This document shows positions 8,834-18,327 of a stretch of 64,000 nucleotides of DNA, one piece after another. The stretch covers positions 36,662-100,661 of the forward strand of contig JBBSFW010000001.1 of the NCBI GenBank assembly GCA_038254805.1, read 5' to 3'. This DNA comes from Terriglobales bacterium. Its GTDB lineage: Bacteria; Acidobacteriota; Terriglobia; Terriglobales; Acidobacteriaceae. The notes below the pieces were generated by a model. It was not told where the DNA came from and ran no database searches. It saw only the letters and a program-made list of their open reading frames with translations. Within the stretch, counting starts at the first letter, position 1. Each line of letters starts with the position of its first letter. Both the position numbers and the translations under genes were made by a program.

Positions 8834-11800
8834 TCAGGAGACGTGCACAGAATCCTCAGACTCCTCGTACGTAACCGCGGCAGTGCGCTCCAGCTTGTCC
8901 CACGCGAAGGGTTCGCCTTTGGCGGCCCGCTTCACTGTCTTGAACAAGACCCATGAAAACAGTTGCCGGTAGGCGAAACGCTGTAACCAGACCTGGCTCA
9001 ACAGCCAGGAATCTTCCCGCGTGTCCGGCGTGCTGCGTTCCAGCGCAAAAGCAATGGCCGACGTGATGAAGTCAATAATAAGGAATGCCGCGAAGAAGAT
9101 GACCAGCCGCTGAAAGCTTGCGGGATCGGTTGATTCCGGATGGTAATACTTTTGAACAAGGTACCAAAGCGTTCCCACCGCGAACATCATGTCAATGAAG
9201 GGCGAGACCAGCGGCAGCAGTATCTGGAAAACAACGATATTGGGCAGCGCAATCCAGCCAAGCGCGCCCTTCCGCGCAAATGCTTGGCGATGTTTATAAA
9301 CCGCCTGCATTATGCCAAAAGACCAGCGAAAACGCTGGCGCATCAGGCCATTCGCATTTACCGGCGCTTCCGTATACGCCAATGCGCGGTCTTCGTATTC
9401 GACCCGGTAGCCATTGCGAAGAAGTGCCATGGTGAGATCGGCATCCTCAGCGACCGTATCAGTCTGGTAGGCTCCAACCTCCTGGACCGCAGAAGCTCGC
9501 CAGGCCCCGATGGCTCCGGGAACGACGCTAACTGTGCCCAAAGTATTGAGCGCCCGGCGTTCAAAGTTCTGGCTGGTGATGTACTCGAGCGCCTGCCAGC
9601 GTGTCCACAGGTTGACACGATTGCCGACTTTTGCGTTTCCGGCGATGGCCCCCACTTTGGGATTCATAAAATGCGGTACCAGCAGTGAAATCGCATCTTT
9701 GGCAATCACAGTGTCGGCATCGATCCCGACTAAGATTTCTTCTTCTTCCTGCAACTGCCGCAAACCAAAGTTAAGGGCTTCGGCTTTGCCGGAGTTTGTC
9801 TTCGCAAGAATCAGCACCCGTCCCGAACTTATTTCGCGGGGGAAGCAGTCGCGCGCCACCTGCAACGTCTTGTCACTGGAGCCGTCATCAATCACAATAA
9901 GGCGCAGGTTGCGATAACTCGATCGCAGCGCTGCCCGGATCGTGCGCTCGATGACTTTTTCTTCGTTGTAGGCCGGGATCAACACCGCAATTCTGGGATA
10001 GTACCCCTCCGCCTCCTCGGCTGTGCCATACCGATGAGGCCTCAAACGGTCGTAAACGGCAAATGCGCCGACAAACAGCAGGCGCCCGGTCATGAGCAAA
10101 TCGCCGAGAAAAAAGATGATTGCAATGGACTTCAAGCCGGCGTCAAACATCCAGAACCCGAACCACGTGAGCCGTGCCGACCAGCGCTCGTTTACCGGAA
10201 TGGGCGGCATGATGTCCGCTCGCTTCTTGTGCAGCAGGCGGCTTAATGAAACGATCTCGACTCCCTTGGCGCGCGCGCCCTCGATGATCATCGGAAGCGC
10301 ACGCACCGTTTCACGGCGATCTCCGCCACCATCGTGGAGCAAGATGATGTTTCCGCAGCTGCGGTCCGCGGGTGAACAGGGTGGGAGATGAGCGAGCACA
10401 TAGCTGGAGATCTGCTCGGCGGTGCGGTGCGGGTTGTCGCGCCAATCGTTGGGGTCGATCTTGTCACCAATGGTGAGATATCCCATGCTCTCGGAGATTT
10501 CGAGCGGCCTGACTTCATCTTCCGTATCCGGCTCGGCGTCGATGGAATAGGGCGGACGGAATAAGAGCGTGCGGATACCCAGGCGGCTGGCAAACAGGCG
10601 TTCGGCCAGATTCAGTTCTAATTTCACAAACCGGCTCGACAGGTTGCTGATGTCTGGGTGAGTGAAAGTATGGTTACCAATCTCATGCCCTTCGTTGTAG
10701 ATTCGCGATGTGAGTGACGCGAATTTGTCGGCCTGTATGCCGATCAGGAAGAATGTCGCCGGGGCACGTTCACTTTTCAGAATATTGAGGATTCTTGGTG
10801 TCCATTCGGGATCGGGGCCATCGTCAAAGGTAATTGCGGCCTGGTTCGGGCTGGATCCATACCTGCCCACACGGTAAGGTTCAGGCAAAGAATCCATGAC
10901 CTCATCGCCAATTTGCCCGTCCGAGTAGTCCAGGGTTATCGTGCGTTCTCCGTTTCCGGGCGTGGCCTCCACATTCAGGATCTCGCCGCTTCCTTCCATG
11001 TCCACGTCCTGCCCGGGTGGAACGTCGCGCAGCTTCGACAGAGCCGCATTATCGAGGGGAAAGTCCCATATTTTCCACAGTGAGCGGTCTTCAGAACCAA
11101 GGCGCCAGAGAGCAAAGGTCCGAATGCCGGCCGCACGCGCCGCACGCATCTGATTCAGCGCGCTCACCGCGTCCAAAAACCATATATCGTGCCTTCGGTT
11201 CTGCTCGTCGAGATACCTCACGTGCGGGTTCAGGCTGTCACCATCGAAGTCCACTTCTTCTTCGGAATCGCGCGCCGCAAGCCACGCATCCTGGACGGAG
11301 ACATTTACGTCCTTTGCATCCGCCGGAAGCTTGCCTTTCTTTGGCCTCTCGACCCAGTCATAACCATAATTCGCGATGGCACAAATCAACTTATCGATAG
11401 GGACAACTTTCTTCGCCTGCGCCAGATTCCCCGTGAACCAGTCCTGGGAAGCGACTGGGCCGGCGGTACCACCGCTGCCGGCATAGTGCTCGTCATAATT
11501 CATGAGCACTACTCCATCGGCCGCATTCGAAACCGCGCCGTACGGGAAATCAGAATTTCCCGCCGGCACGCTCACGTAGAGTTTCACTCCTCTGGAGTGA
11601 AGATCCCGCGAAAGCTCCTGGAGCAGAGCCACGAAACCCGTTTGTCCCTTTTGCGGGAAGTCTTCAAAGTCCACCATCAGCCCGCGATACCGGTCGCTGC
11701 CAAGAAACCCCGCGATCTCCCGCCGAAAGCGGTAGCGCGCCTCTGGGTCGTTCAAGAAAGCTGAAATGTCGAGCCAGTCGGCGCCATTAAAGTTGTTGAC

Positions 11801-12340
11801 CAGCGGAAAGACTTCGGTTCCCGTGTCGTCGGATTTCAGGAATGCCATCACCTTGTCATCTACGGCACGCACTACGCCGTTCTGCACCACATCGAAGGGC
11901 TTGTTAGTTTGCGAATCGACGCCTTGCAAGTGGCCATCAGGAGTGAGCACGTGCAGCCATTCGGGATAGAGCAGATCAATCTGCCGCGCATATTCCCGCA
12001 ACGATGAAAAGCTGGCAGCATCCCAGGGGACGTAAAACGCTGCGCGAATACCTTCGTCGGTGTTCAGTTCCACCTGCGAGGGCGCGACGTTAGTACGACG
12101 GTGACTTCGCCGCGCAAGCTGCTTTCGTTTTTCTCTGGCTTTCTCTTTTTCAGTTTCCTTCAGCGCATGATAGGGATGCTTTTGAAATTGAAGCAGAAGT
12201 TTAGGAAGGGGCTCGCTGCGTAGCGCGGTGTAGACGAACACCACAATGATAGTGCTGAGGGCGATACCGGCAATGTCCAGCAAGGTTCTGAGCCTCTTCC
12301 AGCGGGCTCGCCGGGGATCATAGAAAACAGGGTGCGCCAT
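8834..12340 (-). CDS. tri-domain polysaccharide synthase: GH18-like hydrolase + CE4 (NodB) deacetylase + processive GT2 glycosyltransferase
   Basis: Uninterrupted 1168 aa. N-terminal TM, then a GH18-like region (aa ~97-425, LMVDFEDF, IRTFALWRLGSED). CE4 region (aa ~500-700: AITFDDGPD, HEIGNHTFTHPD). TM segment(s) at ~724-763. GT2 region (aa ~783-1010: VLIPAYNEE, VIDDGSSD, GIDADT, AEDADLT, RQRFRWSFG = QxxRW). C-terminal TMs follow. Confidence 0.8.
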   Translation of the reverse strand: MAHPVFYDPRRARWKRLRTLLDIAGIALSTIIVVFVYTALRSEPLPKLLLQFQKHPYHALKETEKEKAREKRKQLARRSHRRTNVAPSQVELNTDEGIRAAFYVPWDAASFSSLREYARQIDLLYPEWLHVLTPDGHLQGVDSQTNKPFDVVQNGVVRAVDDKVMAFLKSDDTGTEVFPLVNNFNGADWLDISAFLNDPEARYRFRREIAGFLGSDRYRGLMVDFEDFPQKGQTGFVALLQELSRDLHSRGVKLYVSVPAGNSDFPYGAVSNAADGVVLMNYDEHYAGSGGTAGPVASQDWFTGNLAQAKKVVPIDKLICAIANYGYDWVERPKKGKLPADAKDVNVSVQDAWLAARDSEEEVDFDGDSLNPHVRYLDEQNRRHDIWFLDAVSALNQMRAARAAGIRTFALWRLGSEDRSLWKIWDFPLDNAALSKLRDVPPGQDVDMEGSGEILNVEATPGNGERTITLDYSDGQIGDEVMDSLPEPYRVGRYGSSPNQAAITFDDGPDPEWTPRILNILKSERAPATFFLIGIQADKFASLTSRIYNEGHEIGNHTFTHPDISNLSSRFVKLELNLAERLFASRLGIRTLLFRPPYSIDAEPDTEDEVRPLEISESMGYLTIGDKIDPNDWRDNPHRTAEQISSYVLAHLPPCSPADRSCGNIILLHDGGGDRRETVRALPMIIEGARAKGVEIVSLSRLLHKKRADIMPPIPVNERWSARLTWFGFWMFDAGLKSIAIIFFLGDLLMTGRLLFVGAFAVYDRLRPHRYGTAEEAEGYYPRIAVLIPAYNEEKVIERTIRAALRSSYRNLRLIVIDDGSSDKTLQVARDCFPREISSGRVLILAKTNSGKAEALNFGLRQLQEEEEILVGIDADTVIAKDAISLLVPHFMNPKVGAIAGNAKVGNRVNLWTRWQALEYITSQNFERRALNTLGTVSVVPGAIGAWRASAVQEVGAYQTDTVAEDADLTMALLRNGYRVEYEDRALAYTEAPVNANGLMRQRFRWSFGIMQAVYKHRQAFARKGALGWIALPNIVVFQILLPLVSPFIDMMFAVGTLWYLVQKYYHPESTDPASFQRLVIFFAAFLIIDFITSAIAFALERSTPDTREDSWLLSQVWLQRFAYRQLFSWVLFKTVKRAAKGEPFAWDKLERTAAVTYEESEDSVHVS

Positions 12341-12423
12341 GCGAGGTAGGCCAACCTCATCCTAGCCGGAGGGTTCAGGAGGGTCAAACACGCCCGTCTT
12401 CAAAACAAACGCGATATAGTCGC

Positions 12424-13839
12424 ATGGTGTACCAGTTCCTTCGCAGAAACCTGCGATTCATTCTTACAATTACGGCTGCCGCCTTCCTTCTGCGGCTGAT
12501 GTTTATCCGGTATTTTCCCGGCGTGGTAACTGATTCATTTGTGTATGGCGACATCGCCAAGAACTGGCTCCAGCACGGGGTCTATGGCCTGAGCGGGCCA
12601 GAAGAAATCTCTCCGACTTACATACGGCTGCCGGGTTACCCAGCGTTTCTGGCCTTGATTTTTTCGATTTTTGGAATGGAGCACTATCGCGCCGTCCTGA
12701 TCGTGCAGATGTTCCTCGACGTTGGCGCCTGCTTTGTGTGCGCGGATATAGCATTGCGGATCTTCGGCCCCGCCAGCGCCCGCACCGCGTTTGTGCTGGC
12801 GGCGCTCTGTCCATTCCTGGCCAATTACTCGGCTGCGGCGTTGACCGAGACCCTCGAAGTTTTCTTTACCGCGCTGGCTTTGGACCTAACGGCGCGGGCG
12901 TTGCAAACATCACGAGCCGCATATTGGGCGGGGTGCGGAGCTGCGTGTGCCGCCGCCATATTGCTGCGTCCGGATGGCATGTTGCTCGTTGTCGCGATTG
13001 AAGCATTCCTGGTGTGGAAGTTTGCGGCCAAAAGGTCCGTCAACCGCCTTCCGGTCAGGATTTTCCTAATACCCGTGCTGCTGGTGGGTGTGGTTTCAAC
13101 CCTGCCACTGGTCCCATGGACATTGCGAAACTGGCGCGTTTTCCATCGTTTCCAGCCCCTCGCGCCGCGCTATGCCAACGAAGAAGAGGAATTTGTACCG
13201 ATGGGGTTCAACCACTGGGTCAAGACCTGGATTGCCGACTATAGCTCGGTGGAGGAAATTTACTGGGCGGTTCCGGGCAGCGAGATGGACCCCGGCAAGC
13301 TTCCGTCTCGCGCCTTTGACAGTTTGCAGCAGCAGGCTCAGACCGCCGGCGTGATCAAGGAATACAACACGCTACTGCATGTCTCCCCGGAACTGGACCG
13401 GCGATTCGAGGCGATTGCCTCCGACCGCATTCGCGCACACCCGGCGCGATACTATCTGGGCCTTCCGGCGCTCAGGGTGTTAGACATGTGGGCACGTCCG
13501 CGCACGGAAATGCTGCCTTCCGACAGCCGCTGGTGGGAGTTCAACGATGAGCCAAAGTTCTCTGCGCTGGCAGTATCGCTGGGCATGATCAATGTGTGCT
13601 ACCTCGTTTTAGCTCTCGCGGGATGGGTGCGCACCCGGCGAACACCCCTTGTAGGATTACTGATCACGTTTTGCATTTTCCGCTCCGCGTTTCTGGGCAC
13701 CCTGGAGAATCCCGAGCCGAGATACACGTTGGAAATGTATCCGGTCGTGATTCTTTTAGGTGCGGCTACAATCGCGGGCAACAGAGCCTTAGCCCAAGGG
13801 CAAGTCAGTCATGCGGAAGCGCGTTCGGACGTGCTCTGA
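12424..13839 (+). CDS. GT-C fold glycosyltransferase (ArnT/PMT, GT39/GT83-like) membrane protein
   Basis: 471 aa with about 10 or more TMs. The N-terminal region FVYGDIAKNWLQHGVYGL...RLPGYPAFLALIF resembles dolichyl/undecaprenyl-phosphate sugar dependent transferases. It is divergent from the synthase gene (83-bp spacer). Confidence 0.55.
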   Translation: MVYQFLRRNLRFILTITAAAFLLRLMFIRYFPGVVTDSFVYGDIAKNWLQHGVYGLSGPEEISPTYIRLPGYPAFLALIFSIFGMEHYRAVLIVQMFLDVGACFVCADIALRIFGPASARTAFVLAALCPFLANYSAAALTETLEVFFTALALDLTARALQTSRAAYWAGCGAACAAAILLRPDGMLLVVAIEAFLVWKFAAKRSVNRLPVRIFLIPVLLVGVVSTLPLVPWTLRNWRVFHRFQPLAPRYANEEEEFVPMGFNHWVKTWIADYSSVEEIYWAVPGSEMDPGKLPSRAFDSLQQQAQTAGVIKEYNTLLHVSPELDRRFEAIASDRIRAHPARYYLGLPALRVLDMWARPRTEMLPSDSRWWEFNDEPKFSALAVSLGMINVCYLVLALAGWVRTRRTPLVGLLITFCIFRSAFLGTLENPEPRYTLEMYPVVILLGAATIAGNRALAQGQVSHAEARSDVL

Positions 13840-14004
13840 CAGCAGCTCGATTGCGTTCCGGTTGGCAATAGGATCGGTCTGCGCCAGATACCTCATAGCC
13901 TCTACAAGCAACCGCTGGCCATCTACATAGCGAGGGTCAGATGTACGCACTCGTTTCGGACGCATAACATTTGGTGGAACGGGTATGGTGAAGACCTTGG
14001 CCAT
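13789..14004 (-). CDS. small hypothetical protein (71 aa)
   Basis: ATG at 14004 is preceded by GGAG 5 nt upstream. No recognisable family. It overlaps the convergent 3' end of 12424-13839 by 51 nt. Confidence 0.25.
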   Translation of the reverse strand: MAKVFTIPVPPNVMRPKRVRTSDPRYVDGQRLLVEAMRYLAQTDPIANRNAIELLSEHVRTRFRMTDLPLG

Positions 14005-14116
14005 GAGACTCCATTAAAAAGGCTGTATTCCTTGGATGGCGCTCTTGGAGTATAACGCCGCATCTCCGATTTACAGAGACAAATCTGCCGAACCCAAAAT
14101 GGTAAACCGCTGGCGG

Positions 14117-14836
14117 TCAGTGGGTTAGCGTCTTACTTTTACCCGAGCTTTTGAGTTTGAAGGCGGAATCGGCGATCTTTTGGTTGACCTGAATCTCGGA
14201 GTACTTAGCCAATCGATAGTCTCCGCTGGTTTCAAAGAGCTGCTGCTGAATTGAAATTCCTTGGGACGCGTCGATCCAGAGCAGGATGTGAGCAAAATTC
14301 TGTTTAATCTTGCCTGCCTTGGGTACCAAGTCGAGCTTTGCGGTTTCCACGCCGTCGATCTTCTCCGCCCCCTCGTACTTCACTTCGAAAGCCTTCTCCA
14401 TGTCGTGACCGCCACCGCCGAATCCCAGCACCAGGAAACTCTCAAACTCTTCCCGATGTGCACTGGCGTCATAGATGTTCACCTCGTCTATATGCGGCTG
14501 GTACACCTGAATCTTGCCCTCAGAAAAGATGACTTGTTTCGGGTCAGGCGCGGTGATGTCTGCAGCCATCTGAATCTCTTTGCCGGCACGGCGGAAGTAG
14601 ATTTTTCCCTTCTGAGTGTCGGTGACCGCACTGACAACCTCGTTGTATTGGGTCCAGGTGAAATTAGCCTGCGTGGTTCGGAACTTCTTGGCGGCGTCAT
14701 CCATCTGGTCCAACACCTTTTCCAGGTCGCCGGATTGGGCGCCCCCGTACCCCGAAAACAGGAGCAGCGAAAAAGGCAGCCAAAGCAGCGTGCTTAACCG
14801 CGGCCCAACCATTATCACCCGCCTAGCTTTGGCCAT
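14117..14836 (-). CDS. LolA-like outer-membrane lipoprotein carrier/sorting family protein
   Basis: Signal peptide (LLWLPFSLLLFSGYGGAQS), then a beta-rich sequence typical of LolA-fold proteins (KGKIYFRR...IQVYQP...LVLGFGGGG...AKLDLVPK). ATG at 14836; GTG at 14842 is the alternative. Confidence 0.55.
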   Translation of the reverse strand: MAKARRVIMVGPRLSTLLWLPFSLLLFSGYGGAQSGDLEKVLDQMDDAAKKFRTTQANFTWTQYNEVVSAVTDTQKGKIYFRRAGKEIQMAADITAPDPKQVIFSEGKIQVYQPHIDEVNIYDASAHREEFESFLVLGFGGGGHDMEKAFEVKYEGAEKIDGVETAKLDLVPKAGKIKQNFAHILLWIDASQGISIQQQLFETSGDYRLAKYSEIQVNQKIADSAFKLKSSGKSKTLTH

Positions 14837-14841
14837 CTTCA

Positions 14842-15261
14842 CTACTCTCTCTGAATCCAGACTTTATAACCCACAATCCGGCTCTTGTCTTTCACGGCCT
14901 CATATCTTGTGATGCTGACCGAGCCGGAGATGGGTTCAATAATGCGAAGCAATTGCGCCCGTACCGCGGCGTCGTTTCCGCCCTCCACCGCATTGCCATC
15001 CACCTGGTAGATAAATTCTCCATTTCCATCGGGATACACTACCACTCCCGAAGGATGGGGGCTGTGTTCGACAGGGCGGTCTTTGAAGTTTACGATGCGA
15101 GGCGAGAAAAACACGAAAAGCAGAATCAGAGTAACCATTACGTCATATTGAATCGTCCCACGTTCGTGAGACCAGAAAATGAAACCGGAAATTGTGCGGA
15201 GAACGTTCCGGCGGCGAGCCGGCGCCACGGTTGCGGTCGGATTCAATTCTGCTCTTTGCAA
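14842..15261 (-). CDS. hypothetical single-TM protein
   Basis: ORF 14842-15465 overlaps serS, so the start must lie downstream of 15344. TTG at 15261 (AAGGA upstream) or GTG at 15228 are candidates. One TM (VMVTLILLFVFF) followed by a soluble domain. The stop overlaps the next gene's GTG. Confidence 0.4.
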   Translation of the reverse strand: MQRAELNPTATVAPARRRNVLRTISGFIFWSHERGTIQYDVMVTLILLFVFFSPRIVNFKDRPVEHSPHPSGVVVYPDGNGEFIYQVDGNAVEGGNDAAVRAQLLRIIEPISGSVSITRYEAVKDKSRIVGYKVWIQRE

Positions 15262-15343
15262 GTTTGACGTCAGTCCTTGGCGCCTGGGGGTCTCACCCGG
15301 CGCACTCAAAGAGTGTAGATCGCTTTGAGCGCTCCTGAGTTGC

Positions 15344-16639
15344 TTAAACAGACTTTCCCGGCAAGATGCGATCGGTCCCCATATACCTCCGCAGGGCCTC
15401 CGGGATGAGAACACTGCCATCCGCCTGCTGATAATTTTCCAGAACCGCGAGCCAGGTACGGCCAACAGCCAGTCCGCTGCCGTTCAAGGTGTGCACGAAC
15501 TCCGGCTTCCCCTTCCCTTCGCGGCGAAAACGGATATTGGCCCGGCGCGCCTGGAAGGCTTCAAAGTTCGAGCAGGAAGAAATTTCCCGAAACAATTGCT
15601 GTCCCGGCAACCAAACTTCCAGGTCATAAGTCTTGGCAGACGCGAAACCCATATCGGCGGTACTCAACGCCACCACCCGGTAGTGGAGGCCGAGTTTCTG
15701 CAAGATTGTCTCAGCGTGATAGGTGAGCGTTTCCAGTTCTTCGTATGAATCTTCGGGGCGGGAAAATTTAACCAGCTCGACTTTTTGAAACTGGTGCTGG
15801 CGAATGATCCCGCGCACATCTTTTCCATAGGATCCTGCTTCGCTGCGAAAACAAGGCGTGAAAGCCGTGAGTGAAACCGGCATCCGGGAGCCGTCGAGCA
15901 CTTCGTCGCGATAGAGATTGGTTACCGGAACTTCTGCTGTTGGAACCAGCCACAATTCCTTCTCCCCGTGCGGCACCCGGAAAAGGTCGGCAGCGAACTT
16001 AGGCAATTGTCCGGTGCCATACATGGATTCTGAGTTCACCAGGTAGGGCGGCAGGACTTCCGTATAGCCGTGCTCGCGGGTATGGACATCGAGCATAAAA
16101 TTGGCCAATGCCCGCTCCAGACGGGCGCCCGCACCCCAATAAACCGCGAACCGGGCGCCCGAAATCTTGGCTGCGCGCTCCAGATCCAGGATTCCAAGTT
16201 GTTCGCCGAGATCCCAGTGCGCTTTGGGGGCGAAGTCGAAAACCGGCGGCGCCCCCCAGCGACGCACCTCGACGTTGTCCTCGGCCGACTTCCCTAAAGC
16301 CACTGACACGTGCGGCAGATTCGGGATACCGACCAATATTCCGCTCAGGCGGGTATCGTACTCCTCCGCCGCCTTCTCCAGTTCCTGGACCTGCACCCTC
16401 ATGTCTTTGGTTTCGGAAATGATCTGCGCAGCATCCTGACCAGACTTCTTCAGTATTGCTACCTCTGCGGACAGCCGGTTCCGGTGCGCCTTCAATTCCT
16501 CTGCCGCATTAATGGCCTGCCTTCTCTGGGCGTCCACCTCGCGAAAATCCTTCAGGACGGTGTCGGGATTCATGCCGCGATGGCGCAGCATCTCTTCGAC
16601 TTGGGGCAGGTGGTCGCGGACAAAGGTCAAGTCGAGCAT
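15344..16639 (-). CDS. serS: serine--tRNA ligase
   Basis: [11 protein letters not shown]... coiled-coil arm, then class II motifs ([26 protein letters not shown]). The ORF-track start at 16690 adds an implausible 17-aa extension. Confidence 0.95.
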   Translation of the reverse strand: MLDLTFVRDHLPQVEEMLRHRGMNPDTVLKDFREVDAQRRQAINAAEELKAHRNRLSAEVAILKKSGQDAAQIISETKDMRVQVQELEKAAEEYDTRLSGILVGIPNLPHVSVALGKSAEDNVEVRRWGAPPVFDFAPKAHWDLGEQLGILDLERAAKISGARFAVYWGAGARLERALANFMLDVHTREHGYTEVLPPYLVNSESMYGTGQLPKFAADLFRVPHGEKELWLVPTAEVPVTNLYRDEVLDGSRMPVSLTAFTPCFRSEAGSYGKDVRGIIRQHQFQKVELVKFSRPEDSYEELETLTYHAETILQKLGLHYRVVALSTADMGFASAKTYDLEVWLPGQQLFREISSCSNFEAFQARRANIRFRREGKGKPEFVHTLNGSGLAVGRTWLAVLENYQQADGSVLIPEALRRYMGTDRILPGKSV

Positions 16640-16799
16640 GAGAGAAACAATAATGTAATGGAAAGCTGCGCGCTTTGCACCTGAGTGCAAAGCCGGGTAG
16701 GGATGGGTGCCGGCACCTTGCGTTCGGGGCCGGTGAGCGCGTGTACACTAACATCGCGATGCGCTTTCACCCGCCATTTCCCGCCGTTCGCGGGGCGCA

Positions 16800-17717
16800 A
16801 TGACGCCCGACCTGAGAGTGAGGTTCGCCGGGGTAGAACTAAAGAATCCGGTGATCGCTGCCAGTGGGACCTTCGGGTACGGAATCGAATTCGAAGATGT
16901 AGTGCACCTTGACCGGCTTGGCGGGTTTGTCGTCAAGGGCCTCTCGCGCGAGCCGATCATTGGAAATCCTCCGCCTCGCTTGTACGAGACCGCCGCCGGT
17001 ATGCTCAATGCCATAGGGCTGCAAAATATCGGCGCCCGGGCTTTCATCGAAGAAAAGCTGCCCCGGCTGCGTGCGCTCAAGAACACGACCATCATTGCCA
17101 ATATTTTCGGCTACACCCGGGAAGACTACGAACACACGATTCAAATTCTGAATGAAGGCGAGGGCATTGCCGCCTATGAACTCAATGTTTCGTGCCCGAA
17201 CACCGCGCATGGAGGCATCCAGTTCGGCGTTGATCCCCATTCGCTCGACGAAGTGGTGACCACCGCCAGACGATTTTCCGAGCGGCCGCTGATTGTGAAG
17301 CTGTCGCCCAACGTGACCAGCATCGGCCAAATGGCGCACATCGCCGAGGAAGCCGGCGCTGATGCGGTCTCGCTGGTAAACACTTTCATTGCGATGTCTA
17401 TTGATGTCGAATCGCGCAAGCCGCGCATTGCCAACATCACCGCCGGGCTTTCCGGACCTGCGATCAAACCGATTGCGGTCCGCATGGTTTACGAGGCTGC
17501 ACGATCGGTGCAAATTCCGGTGATTGGCATGGGCGGTATCTCGACCGCGGAAGATGTCATCGAATTCATGCTTGCCGGCGCCACCGCGGTTCAAGTCGGC
17601 ACCGCAAGCTACTGGGATCCTCGTGCCACCGAAAAAATTGTAGGGGAGCTGGAGCGCTGGTGCCGCGATCATCGACTCGGTAACTTGGCAGAGCTGACCC
17701 GTGGGCTGGTCTTATAG
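16800..17717 (+). CDS. pyrD: dihydroorotate dehydrogenase, class 1 (PyrD catalytic subunit)
   Basis: VELKNPVIAASGTFGYG...NAIGLQN...ELNVSCPN...GLSGPAIKP...IGMGGI are class-1 DHODH motifs with an active-site Cys. Confidence 0.9.
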   Translation: MTPDLRVRFAGVELKNPVIAASGTFGYGIEFEDVVHLDRLGGFVVKGLSREPIIGNPPPRLYETAAGMLNAIGLQNIGARAFIEEKLPRLRALKNTTIIANIFGYTREDYEHTIQILNEGEGIAAYELNVSCPNTAHGGIQFGVDPHSLDEVVTTARRFSERPLIVKLSPNVTSIGQMAHIAEEAGADAVSLVNTFIAMSIDVESRKPRIANITAGLSGPAIKPIAVRMVYEAARSVQIPVIGMGGISTAEDVIEFMLAGATAVQVGTASYWDPRATEKIVGELERWCRDHRLGNLAELTRGLVL

Positions 17718-17847
17718 ATTCCCGTTTTTATAAGGGGATCATGGTAGCGGTTCCATGCTGCCTAGTCTGGAGCGTGCAATCAACTCCGAGACTTTTTGGA
17801 ATCTGGGGCATCCAACTTACACTGGTACACTTCAAGGGGAGCAAATC

Positions 17848-18324
17848 ATGGCCAAAGCCACCTTTGCCGCAGGATGTTTTTGGGGCGTAGAAGCTACTTT
17901 CCGGCAGCTTCCAGGAGTCACTGCCACGCGTGTGGGTTACACCGGCGGGGCAATGAACAACCCAACTTACAAAGACGTCTGCAGCGATACCACGGGGCAC
18001 GCCGAAGCCGTCGAAGTGGATTACGATCCGGCGAAGGTTTCCTACGAAGAGCTTTTGCAGGTTTTTTGGGAAAACCACGACCCCACGCAATTGGATCGCC
18101 AGGGTCCCGACTTGGGCTCGCAATACCGGTCAGGCATCTTTTACCATTTGCCCGAGCAAGAAGAGGCGGCCCGGTCGTCCAAGGCGAAGCTGGAGCAATC
18201 TGGCCGTTTTCGCCGCCCGATTGTAACCCAGATTGTGCCAGCCACAACTTTCTACGAAGCGGAAGATTATCACCAGCAGTATCTGGAAAAGCGCGGCATG
18301 GCCAGCTGCCACATCAGAGCATAG
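17848..18324 (+). CDS. msrA: peptide-methionine (S)-S-oxide reductase
   Basis: [15 protein letters not shown]...GYTGG...HAEAV...DPT..DRQG.D.G.QYRS. ATG at 17848 has AAGGGGA upstream. The ORF-track start at 17755 is an extension. Confidence 0.9.
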   Translation: MAKATFAAGCFWGVEATFRQLPGVTATRVGYTGGAMNNPTYKDVCSDTTGHAEAVEVDYDPAKVSYEELLQVFWENHDPTQLDRQGPDLGSQYRSGIFYHLPEQEEAARSSKAKLEQSGRFRRPIVTQIVPATTFYEAEDYHQQYLEKRGMASCHIRA

Positions 18325-18327
18325 CGA

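Noticed and set aside
16640-16690. Longer N-terminal extensions offered by the ORF track (serS 16690, msrA 17755, symporter 26308, permease 26397, OPT 39135, actF 54668, 53386, coxII 51763, HNH 37978)
   Set aside because: The extensions lack similarity to the families, often overlap upstream genes, and bypass internal starts that have good SDs or ATGA/GTGA coupling.
16640-16799. T-box or other known riboswitch upstream of serS
   Set aside because: The leader is only ~50-100 nt. I saw no specifier/T-box-like sequence or terminator/antiterminator pair, only a single short hairpin.
16839-17672. 277-aa ORF on the minus strand
   Set aside because: It lies antisense to pyrD, whose motifs are unambiguous. 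Its composition is Arg/Gly/Ala-biased, typical of shadow frames.
16800-17717. Missing pyrK partner for a class-1B-like pyrD as an anomaly
   Set aside because: Class assignment (1A versus 1B) cannot be settled by eye, and pyrK may be encoded elsewhere. This is not an observation supported by the window alone.
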